Shown one piece after another: positions 20,813-31,595 of a DNA stretch of 64,000 bases. A program made the position numbers and the translations under genes. Numbering within the stretch: position 1 is the first letter of the stretch; each line of letters starts with the position of its first letter. Under the pieces are notes generated by a model that searched no databases, was not told where the DNA came from, and saw only the letters and a list, made by a program, of their open reading frames with translations. The DNA is from a virus. The stretch covers positions 1-64,000 of IMG/VR virus record IMGVR_UViG_3300031578_000013; one strand, 5' to 3'.

Positions 20813-22574
20813 ATGACAGACTTAAAAAAAGCAACCAAAGAAGAATTGCAAGCGGGGATGGACAGACGAACTACATTAGCAACCCAAATGGACATTGCAG
20901 ATAAGATAGCAGATATTGCAGGACATGGAATTTCTGGCAACATCGTATCTATATGGAAAGGTGCGTTGTTATACAAGTCGATTGATAAAAACAACCCCGA
21001 TATGACACGCTATGTAACATACCTTGTCCGAACAAATATAAAGAAAATCGAGGATGACTAGTCATGCAACCACAATGCACACCCCCGGTAACCGTCCTGC
21101 ACCTCCCGCTCCATTGCGGGGCAAGAGGATATGGATGTAAGGTAAGTGGGAATGAACTCATAGTGACACACAACCCACTGACGGTGAAAGCCTTTGAGGA
21201 TGTAAAGCCACGAGTGACTACGATGGTAAGAAGTCGTTGGAATGATTTGGTGGTTTGGAAGGAGTGAGATGGAATGACATACTTTGCAGTGATAACAAAA
21301 ACTCCAACATCGGATGATGGAAATCGTGCGTGCTCTACAGTGTATATCAACCCGCACGGAGAAGAGCACGTTGTTGGATCTCGCATAATAATATCCCCAA
21401 ATAAATTCGAGGATGATCTGTTTGCAAAAGCAATCACTTCAGTGTGTATGAATACAATTGATCTATCAGAAGAGCAGGTTCTTTTCTGTATGGTTCCGGT
21501 ATTCAAACTCGGAGAAATTCTTGTTATGGATTGTAATAGTGATAGAACAATTCCAGATGGAAGAAAACCTTCAAAATGGGATGTTGAATATGAAACCTTC
21601 AATGATATTGAGAGTGCTGTTAAAAGAGCAATCGAGGTGGTGGAATGAACATCGCAGAACTAATAGCAATCCCTGGAAGATTACACTCCCGATTGCCCGT
21701 GTACATCAGAGAATGGGATAGCGAGTCTGACTGTGAGGATTTAATACCAGAATATATCAGTACACAATATATTACGGTGGTTGATGAAGACGAAGAAGAG
21801 GATACGGAAATAAAAGCACTTGTGCTTGGAGAGATGGAATGAACAAATTAACATTTACCCCCCTCATTAAAAAGCGACGTGCAAAGTATATTGTTAAAGA
21901 TGATGGGCAAATTATGGAAAAGTCTGGATCAACCCCTTACTACTACTATATCTGCTCAAATAGAAAATGCACGTGGGAATATCGATGGGTAAGTAGAGAC
22001 CCTGAATTAAAATGTCATTGCTGCGGGAAACCAATGATACTGGTTGCTAACCCGCAAGCGTTTGAATTGAAGGTGATAGATGGATGATAATTAATACAGG
22101 ATCAAAAGCGTTTTGGCTTGGGGCATTATTCTTTGTCCTGATTTGTGATAGTGTTATTAAAATAATTGCAGGTCTTACTCACATGCCGAAACCCACGCAT
22201 TACAGATTTTCAAATCCATTAGATGGACTTTTAATACTGGTGATATCTCTCGGATGGTGGTTTGGATCATGACCCTCGAAACGGATAACCTGGAAAAAGA
22301 ACTCGAAGAGAACCGCCTTGAAATTCAAGGTTTGGAAGCGAGGAATGCCGAAATCACAAAGCAGTTGATTAAGGCGTTTCATGGTATCGAAGTTGGGGAT
22401 ATTGTATTGCACAAAGGCAATGAATATCAAGTCAAAAGGATTGAAATACTACGACCCTGGAGCGTGTATGAACAAACACATAAGCCGTGGGTATATGGTT
22501 ATGCAAAAAAGAAAGATAACACATGGGGATGTTTAAGGGCGCGTTGTTTGTATACCGAGTGGGTGAAGGCATGA
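20813..22574 (+). other. Cluster of small hypothetical genes (20813, 21064, 21274, 21645, 21839, 22084, 22269)
   Basis: Coupled + strand ORFs. Confidence 0.6.
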
Positions 22575-23644
22575 CTATTATATTACCCACTGCTACAGGA
22601 GGATTAAAGTACACGAGCCAACTCGCCAAATTTGCACTCGGTCTTATCGAATTGTCTGATGAAATCGGATTCCGTATGTCAGCCCGTGGTTGGGCATATA
22701 CATTAGAAGGATTGCGTCTTATCAACAAAGACCAATTCAATCGTGTTGAATCCCTTATCAATACCTGTAGAGAACGCGGGTACTTACCCATTGACTTTAC
22801 AGCAGAGGAAGAGGGACGTAAATTTGCAGGCATTGAAACGCCCACAAAAGAAACAGTACCGACATTTCTAAATAAATATGTTAATTATGTTGCGCACTGC
22901 GAACGCTCGTTTGTCCCGGAATGGTGGGATGGAGAGAAATATTATATTCAAATGCTCGTTGAAAAAATCGATCTGAAAACATTATTTGAACCAGTTTGTG
23001 AAAATTATAAAATACCAATCGCCACTTCAAAAGGCTGGTCATCTATGCTTCAACGCGCCGAGTATGCCAAAAGATTTAAAGCAGCAGAAGAAGTCGGACT
23101 TGAATGTATCTTACTATACTGTGGTGATTTAGATGCAGATGGTTTACGAATTTCCAAATTTCTATTTGACAACTTGGATCAAATTAAAAATATCGAATGG
23201 GCAGATGGAACCACTGGGTATGATCCTACCAATCTTACGATAAATCGATTTGGTCTCAATTATGATTTCGTAACCCGTCATGGATTAACATGGATTGATA
23301 ATCTCATCACGGGTTCTGGAAAAAATCTGGCGAGCCCAAAACACAAGAATTTCAAGATGCCCTATGTGCAAGAATACCTAAAAACAATTGGAGAACGCAA
23401 ATGTGAAGCAAACGCCATTGTTAAAGATCCACCACTAGGACGAGCATTGTGTCGAGCAGCCATTGAAAGTTACTTAGGAAAAAATGCTGTCGGTAGATTT
23501 AAAGCACGGCGAGAAAAAATAAACGATGGATTTGACACACTGCGGTGTTGCCTATCAATTGATGTTCTCAACGAAGGAGATCAACTAACATTAGATAGGT
23601 GTATAGATATGTTCTCACACAAGTTGGAGATGATGAACGAATGA
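22571..23644 (+). CDS. TOPRIM-domain protein (Topo VI-A/Spo11/DUF2399-like)
   Basis: MLVEK, SKGWSS, ILLYCGDLDADGLRI (DxDxxG), CEANA. Confidence 0.75.
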   Translation: MTIILPTATGGLKYTSQLAKFALGLIELSDEIGFRMSARGWAYTLEGLRLINKDQFNRVESLINTCRERGYLPIDFTAEEEGRKFAGIETPTKETVPTFLNKYVNYVAHCERSFVPEWWDGEKYYIQMLVEKIDLKTLFEPVCENYKIPIATSKGWSSMLQRAEYAKRFKAAEEVGLECILLYCGDLDADGLRISKFLFDNLDQIKNIEWADGTTGYDPTNLTINRFGLNYDFVTRHGLTWIDNLITGSGKNLASPKHKNFKMPYVQEYLKTIGERKCEANAIVKDPPLGRALCRAAIESYLGKNAVGRFKARREKINDGFDTLRCCLSIDVLNEGDQLTLDRCIDMFSHKLEMMNE

Positions 23645-24025
23645 CACTCCCACAATGGATGATCGAACTTATCGACAAAACACAAAGCAATACCTTTGAT
23701 GTTATGGTTGAGCAGATGAAGATAAACCCCGATGCTATGGAAGCGTTGTATAGTAACTCGGAGTTGCGGCAATGACACTCTCCCACTCCGACATCGAAGC
23801 ATTCAAAACCCTTCCCGCACCCCCAGACTTAACAGACGATAATTTCTATCGCTTTAAACTCCAGCGCTATAGAAGCAAGTGTTTCCTGGATGCGGTGAAG
23901 AAAGACTTGCTCATTGAAGGGCATCCCAAGGCAGACTTGCTGTTGAGTATTGCATGGAGCAATGGGCATGCAGGGGGATACCATGAAGTGTACCGGGAAG
24001 CGATGGAGTTGGTGGAGTTGCTTCG

Positions 24026-24205
24026 ATGAAATACAAAGTGTGTTATTCGGAATTTTCCACGCACGAAATAGAGATCAATGCCAAGAGTGCCGAAGAAGCA
24101 GAGCGTATGGTATTGGATGGTGATGGTGTTGATTATACCACATCGCATGAACGGGATGCCGAACTAGTAAGTGTGAATAGCGTGGAGGTGATTGGGGAAT
24201 GTTAA
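24026..24205 (+). CDS. Small DpnD/PcfM-like protein
   Basis: Manual translation MKYKVCYSEFSTHEIEINAKSAEEAERMV...; similar motif in 27714..27845 and 49140..49325. Confidence 0.5.
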   Translation: MKYKVCYSEFSTHEIEINAKSAEEAERMVLDGDGVDYTTSHERDAELVSVNSVEVIGEC

Positions 24206-24478
24206 ACGATTTTGATGGATTTGTATTACCGTGCTTATGTATGCACTCGGCCGGATTTGACGAAAAAAAGAAAAACGTTGTGAATGGATATGATTTATTT
24301 AATATACGAGAACTCAATGGTGTTGTCATTATTCCATTCAATCGTGTTGCTGATATCAAAGCCAATGCGAAAGATTATCCGAACTCTTGGATATCAGTAC
24401 TTAACGCTGATGTGTTCTATGACGACATACCATTTTTCGTGAGGGATCATTGAGGAATGATTGGGAGATGAGTGAATC

Positions 24479-25357
24479 GTGATTGATATTACCAAAATCA
24501 AATATCCACACCTTGAACGGATTTACAATCTGAAGCCAAACCCGGAGATCCTACTCGGACAGGAAATTTTTTGGACTGAAAAACGGGACGGCTCAAACAT
24601 CGGGGCATACCTCACAGAAGATGGGGTACAGTTACGGAGTCGCAATCAGGACAAAGCATCAGAGGATTTCTATAAAGCGTTCAATGCTTCAGAACAAGCA
24701 GTGGGAATCCTTGAACTGTTACGGGATGCCTCTAATTGGGGTAACGAATACGTTATTTTTGGCGAAATGCTCACAATGGGCAAAAGTCCAACCCGGATAG
24801 AAACCCATGAGAAAAACGAGTTTATTGTATTCGACATCTGGGATTCAAAGCATCAGGGATTCATGAACTATAACGCAACGTTCCAGCATTGTCACCACTT
24901 CGGACTTCCGATAGTTGAACTCTATGGAACATCCAATGTATGCACCGTTGAGGCGCTGTATGCCTTTAAGGATCAGATGCTCGAAAAGGCAAAGGAATGT
25001 GGGAGAGAGGGCGCTGTTGGGAAAGCGTGGGGAGAGACAGCGTTTAATCGTGGTGAGAATGCAGGATGCTCTCGTAATATCACCTACTTCAAAGAGAAGA
25101 ACGATCTACCTGCGCTTGAGAAAGTGCCACGATCAGAACAACCTGGATATGTCATTCTCCCGGAACTTCCAGATTCTGAAATATATGGAGCCACAGAAAA
25201 GGTTCGCACCGATATTGGGGATGAGAAATTCCGTGATATCAGGATCGCCATGCCTTTGATCGCCCGTTACGTTGGTGAGGAATGTAAGAAACACAATTCA
25301 ACTGGGCCAAAGAACTTGTATCAATACTATCAACAGCGTTTGAAGGATATTTCATGA
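24479..25357 (+). CDS. ATP-dependent RNA ligase (Rnl2-like)
   Basis: Nucleotidyltransferase motifs: EKRDGSN (I), RSRN, FGE (III), FIVFDI (IIIa), EGAVGK (IV), FKEK (V). Confidence 0.85.
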   Translation: MIDITKIKYPHLERIYNLKPNPEILLGQEIFWTEKRDGSNIGAYLTEDGVQLRSRNQDKASEDFYKAFNASEQAVGILELLRDASNWGNEYVIFGEMLTMGKSPTRIETHEKNEFIVFDIWDSKHQGFMNYNATFQHCHHFGLPIVELYGTSNVCTVEALYAFKDQMLEKAKECGREGAVGKAWGETAFNRGENAGCSRNITYFKEKNDLPALEKVPRSEQPGYVILPELPDSEIYGATEKVRTDIGDEKFRDIRIAMPLIARYVGEECKKHNSTGPKNLYQYYQQRLKDIS

Positions 25358-28300
25358 CAGAACCATTAACTGTTAAGGATTTGAATTGTGGGAATTGCAT
25401 CGTGCCGCACAAAGTTGTAAATGGATTAAGCAGGCATCCTAAATTTTATTGCAATGATGTGGAGTTACCCATTTCAACATATCAAGTGGTATGTGAACGC
25501 GGTTGCTGTACAAACCCCCTCGCCCTGCAAGTATTGGCACAGGGTGTTGTGAAAGAACTGGAACAGAAAGCAACACACTACCACAATGAGAGTGAAGGAT
25601 ATGCAGAATCATTAAACAAGCCCCTTGAAGAAAGGTTGTGGGGGGAATGGCTGGGAATAACAGAAGCAATCAAACTCCTGCAAGGTGATACCAAATGAGT
25701 TACACCGGCGTAAACAAAAAGTGGTTGGAAGATCACGACAAAGCCATCCGCAATGCCGCACTGGATAAAGCGATAGAAGAAATCACATCTCAATTGAACG
25801 ACATGGATCGGAATTGGAAAGGCATGAATAAGTCCATTGGGATTATTAAATCGTTGCGGAGTGGGGTTATGGCTGAAGAGCACCAATTGAAATATATCAT
25901 TACAGAAGAACTTATGAATGATATTAAATTTTGTTTATGTGTTGGTTGTGATGGTACATTACCCAACGAACGTGAATTGCTCAACGCTATTGTTAAGTAC
26001 GCACAACCACTCTCCAACGAACTCAGAAAAGAGCGAGTAAAAGTAATGGATACATTTGGAATCCTACACGGTGAAGATGCAATTCGTTTTAATAAGTATC
26101 TCAACTCCCATGAACCTTTGAACCAGCGAGCGCAGGAGATTGTCAGGCAAGCAAGGGATTTGGTTGCTGAAGATAAGAACCGTGAAACCACACACATATT
26201 GAACGATGCATTCTTTTCGATGGATATCTTCTTTGGGGATATTCCTATGGACGAACACATTATAAAGTGGGCTGTATCAAAACAGGATTCGTTTGTTACA
26301 GCAGCAATGGCGTGTTATTTAGAATCAAGGAAACTTCGAGGTACATTATGATCCCCTGCTCCACATGCAGCATCAAAGACACCTGCAAGCGCAAACTCTC
26401 CCACCCCAATGTCTGCACCCACAAACCCGTCTTACTCCCAAGAAGCATTGTCAGACCTCCAGTGTGGCATAGACCCAACAATGTTATCGAAGGCCCGAAC
26501 TACATTACAAGAATGATGCGACAAGAGAGAGTATTACGAGCGGGTATTACGGAGGGGAGCAGGGATGAATACTAACGAAACGCCCCCCATCTGTAAAATC
26601 TGTGGTAAGCCGATCCACAAACACATCATTCAAGAAGGTGCACGATTTCATGTTACATCATACAAGCTCGTCGTTCGGGATAGTGCTGAACACGCTATTG
26701 TAAGATGTAGTGATCCGTTATGCGAACACAATCATGGTGATGGGGTTGGGGGGTGTGGTGATGATTAACCTTGACGACATCACATCTCCAGATTATTTCC
26801 AGATGCGAGAATGTAAAAAAGAAAGATATCGCAACAATATGCTTTCACAATGTCAATTTGTTTGTCATCACAATGAAGAGTGTCTCAAGCGTGTAGGAAT
26901 TGATGCAGAGATTTGGAAAGAAGAATATATGTTTAAGGTGTTTAATGGATGAGTATTAACATGCTATCACGAAGCCAAAACCAGAACCCATTGTGTTGCA
27001 GGAAAATATTCCGAAACTGTGATGGTTGCTTAACATGCAACTCGGAAAATTATGAGTATGTACGAACAAAATGTATTGATGGATATGGACATTGCAAATG
27101 CCGTGTGAATAGATGGACAGGAAAAACGGATATTGATGGCATTCCCAAGGGTGATGAGTAATGCCAGCACTCCCAAGAGCACAGAAAGCACGAGAGTATC
27201 TGGATCAACTTATCCCAACTCGCACGAGCGGTTCGGTGCTATTAACGGAAAACATCGCCTCGTCGCTTAGTACTAGATTTCGCTCGGTGCATAGCAAAAC
27301 CGTTGGACTTGCTATGCGAGAGAGAGACGATGTGGAATTGATAAGCAATGGAAGATGGAGGGTGAAGTAACTCTTTACCCCACATGTTTTTAAATCCACA
27401 AAACAATTACTATCCATACCCTCAATGATACACCTTCGCAGTTTCATCTCCTTCTGCGAAGATGTGGAGAACGAAGCATGTAAGACATGCCCAGCACTGG
27501 AGTGTGCACCAAGAACAACAAGAGCGCCTGTCAAACCAGCAACCACAATTCAGAGTGGGCATCTCTATCCCATAGTAAGTCTCTTCATGATGCACCGGGA
27601 ATCTCCTTACCAGCATTTGGGATTCCTGGTGCTGACTCTTTTTTAGGACTCTTTTTAGAGGGTGGGTTTGGATAGGGGATACCCTTAAATAAGGGGAACC
27701 CCTATGTATATGTATGACAACAAAGCGATATAAAGTTCATTTCAGTGAACAGGATGTTTTTGTGGATGCAACCGAAGAAGCAGAAGCGATGTTCCTTGCG
27801 CAGTCAGATGTTGAATGCAATTCAATAGATGAGTGTGACACATAATGACAGGAAAACCACAAATTGTTGTAATGCCTTCTACGGATAATGCAATTACCGT
27901 AAATGGAATGTCTGAAGGAAATGAATGATTACTACCCACACTTGGGATAAGGACATTTAGCCACTCCTTCGAGATTGTAGTTGTTGATCTCGCAGGGGAT
28001 TTGGTTCATACAATTGTTGTAAGACAGAATGGAGAAGTTGAGGTGGATAAGTAATGACAGAAAACGACAAAATATTTTGGGTTGGGGTTATGGATCATAA
28101 ACACGCAATCGGATATCTCGCCTTTGAGATTATCCCCAACAAATTCTTAATTTATTATGGTGGGCACAAATTCTCACCTGGGCACGGAGAACATTTTATT
28201 CGAGTATCAGAGAATTGCTACGACAAAATTGTAGATAAATCAAAGAGGGTTGTATAATGCCCTCCGCTAAATACTCAATCTCCAAACCCTCTGCTATCAT

Positions 28301-30407
28301 CGCCCTGAAGTATGGCAAGAATGTCAGCCGGGGGATACTGGAAATGCAGAAGAAGATTGTGGAGCAGGAGGAAGAAATCTCAACAATGGGTGCATGGATT
28401 GCTGGCTTTCTCCAAAAGATTTGCGAAAAATAATAAAGGAGTGTGTGAAATGAACGAACTTGAATATTTAATGCATGTGGCTGATATGTTTAATTCTCAA
28501 ATTATCATTCATGTAAGGAATTTTTTTGATGATCCGAATGCGATATTTTACGCACAAATTGAACACGTTGAGGTATCAGACACCCCCGGCTTCCTTACAA
28601 GTAAATGTGGTAATGGGGCAACCGCAGATGTCGCACTTCATGATTACCACGATTGGATACGAGGCAAAGTCCTTGTCAAACATGCTGGATGTTCTAATGA
28701 GATTCGGCGGAGGGTATAGGAATGTGTGGAATGACTGACAAACCCTACATATCAGAAGAGAATATTATCGATCTCCGTGGTATTGCAGCGAGTATGCATA
28801 GGATAGGTGTAATTAAAAATAACACCATTGATGATTGTATATCCGAATTGATTACGTATTGGATGCGTGATGATGTATGACTGATATCCCGCATCGCATG
28901 ATCATAATGTCCGAAGATGATTTTGATATGATTGTCAAAAATACCTTTGGTAATACATTTATACAGGAGTTAATCGAGCGTGTCCGTTCTAGCCACCGCA
29001 CCACCCCCGCACCATCCCCAAGCACCCCCAACAAGATGAACTTCAATGGTGGGAAATGCACCTGTGATGAATTTTTTAATTGCCATGATTGTAGAGACTT
29101 GCTTCGGTGTAATAAAGAGCATGATGCCGAGGTGAGGGAGAAAGTGCTGGGTGATCTGATTATACATTTCAAAGGATTTGAAAATCAAAGAACATTCCAA
29201 TATAGTGCGGCAGACATAATCCAGTATTTGGAAGTATTCCAGAGAATGGAATCCCTCCGCACCAACAAGGAGGAGCAATGACCGATAACCCACAACACCC
29301 AGATCCCTGCCAGATCTGTCGATACAGGACTCAAGCATGTGCTTACATAATGGATGGTAATAAGAAAGAAGATGCCTGTTTAGATAAGATGCGATGGTTG
29401 AGAAGAACCACACCGGCACCCCAACCACCACAGTTCACCATCGATGCCGTATTGCGAGCAGAGGTGATAGAGACCCTCCGTAAGGCAGGATGTCCATGTC
29501 TGGCGGAACAAGTGCGAGATGAGACCACGCCAAATTATCATTGGTGTTCGGGGGTAAGTAATACCCCGAAGCAGGCAGAAACCATGACCGATCAGCAGAA
29601 ATACCTCATCGATGATGCAATGCTTCTCCAGTGGAGAGCGGGGTGCATTCGAGCAGCCCCAATCAATCCCGATTGTGACGGCTGTGAATTTGACAACGAA
29701 ACACGTGGTGGTTGTGATTTCGACGATGACGAAATGCAGAAAATATTCCAGTCCCGCCCATACAACGGTGTCACACTCTATACTGCGGGCATGGTGGCCC
29801 ATCGGGTTGCACACGCAAAAAAGGAGGTGCTGAATGAAGTAATCAAAATTGTAATGGCATATGAACGGAAGCCCAAATATGATTATGAAGCAACACTTTG
29901 TAGTGTGATTGTGGAGAGTTTAGAATCCCTACGGGGTGCACCATGAGCGAAGCCCTCTCAACCCTTTTTGAAGGGCATGAAATCAGAGTATTGGAACAGG
30001 ACAATGATCTATGAAGATGAGAAGGGTGAATATTTTGTTGAGAGAGGAAGTAAAAGATGACAATGCCAGAATATGATGAAGAGTGTGATTGTGATCTCTG
30101 CAAGCAGTTGCGAGAACGCGGGATACCAACCAAACTGAAAGCGAAAGGATATGCAAGTGTAAGAAGTCAGATATCAACAAAGGATCAAATGGGTGCTCTT
30201 TTTAAGAAAATTGAGAATCTGATTTATGCGGCAGAGGTGGCGTGTCATTCGATTAGTGACAATGAATATCATTGTGCACTTGGGAGAGAATGTCCGTTCA
30301 AAAATATTGGGAATCTATATTTCAGTTGCAGGGTAAATAGTATGCGATCTGTAATGGGCGAACGCCCGGAGCAGCACGACATCCCGCACGTGGAGTTGAA
30401 GGAATGA
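25354..30407 (+). other. Cluster of small, often Cys-rich mosaic hypothetical genes
   Basis: ORFs 25354, 25695, 26348, 26565, 26949, 27161, 27425, 28054, 28877, 29278 and 30057. Confidence 0.6.
27672..27705. promoter_or_regulatory. Imperfect palindrome centred on a TATA box
   Basis: ATAGGGG-at-ACCCTTA-aa-TAAGGGG-aa-CCCCTAT, 8 bp before ATG 27714. Confidence 0.6.
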
Positions 30408-30536
30408 CAGACAAAGAACGATTTGGGATGATGGGTTGTCTTATTATGACAGACGAAACGGATTATAATATCACATGGTATTGTGGGTGGACGGAATGAC
30501 ACACGAACGCAAAGATAGTAACACCGCTGGTGTAAA

Positions 30537-31595
30537 ATGAAAATCCTAATCGTTGATGCAGACAGCACAATTCCAAATCGTGCTTGCTGTCAATTGAATG
30601 CCTACTGGAAAACAAAGGAGTGTGACATAACATTCCTTCGATTGGGAATATCGGTATATGGAAAATCAAAACACCACACCATCGATTGTAATGGATATGT
30701 TCGATCATTCATTAGTTCCATATTTGATACAACTCCACAACACATCGAAATACTAACAGGAGATTGTATTGTTGATTGCGGCGGTACTGGTTACGACATT
30801 AAAAAGAAACTCCCTCCAGAAATTGCAGCGTGTAAACCAGACTATTCAATCTATCCAGACAACGACACAACATATGATTTCATATCGAGGGGGTGCTTCC
30901 GTAATTGTGATTTCTGTATAGTCCCACAGAAAGAAGGTGGTATGCACCAAGAGGTTCAGAGTGTAACCGAATTAATACAACACAAGAAAATCAAATTCCT
31001 TGACAACAACTTCCTTGGACTTATCAATCATAAGATGTTTCTCAAAGAACTCGTAGCATTACAGATCCCATGCCAGTTTAATCAGGGTTTGGATATCAGA
31101 CTTATAGATGATGAAACCGCCAGACTATTACAGCAACTCAATTACATTGGGGAATACATCTTTGCCTTTGATCATATCGAAGATAAAAAAATCATAGAAG
31201 AAAAACTAGCAATTGTAAAAAAGTATATCACAACACCGTGGAAGATAAAATTCTTTATTTATTGCCACCCAAAGATGGATATCGAATCGGATGTCCTCGC
31301 TCGGATAGAATGGTGTAAAGAAAATAAAGTTCTCCCATACTTCATGCGGGATTTGTCATGTTGGCAATCCGAGAATGCCAGAACCTACAATGACTTTTCC
31401 GCGTGGTGTAACCAACCCGGAATATTCAAGCACCACTCGTATAGAGAGTTTTGTTTGAAACGTCGTCCACAACCGAATAGGGTGGATGTATTCCCAGAAT
31501 GGTTAAATGGGCAAATCACCCCGCATCCAACTCAACCTATATTAACTATTAGTAACATATTACTTGTTAGAAACAAAGTGGTGATTTTGAAATGA
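30537..31595 (+). CDS. Radical SAM protein
   Basis: SRGCFRNCDFC (CxxxCxxC), GGTG, LDNN, FNQGLDIRL, FAFD. Confidence 0.85.
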   Translation: MKILIVDADSTIPNRACCQLNAYWKTKECDITFLRLGISVYGKSKHHTIDCNGYVRSFISSIFDTTPQHIEILTGDCIVDCGGTGYDIKKKLPPEIAACKPDYSIYPDNDTTYDFISRGCFRNCDFCIVPQKEGGMHQEVQSVTELIQHKKIKFLDNNFLGLINHKMFLKELVALQIPCQFNQGLDIRLIDDETARLLQQLNYIGEYIFAFDHIEDKKIIEEKLAIVKKYITTPWKIKFFIYCHPKMDIESDVLARIEWCKENKVLPYFMRDLSCWQSENARTYNDFSAWCNQPGIFKHHSYREFCLKRRPQPNRVDVFPEWLNGQITPHPTQPILTISNILLVRNKVVILK

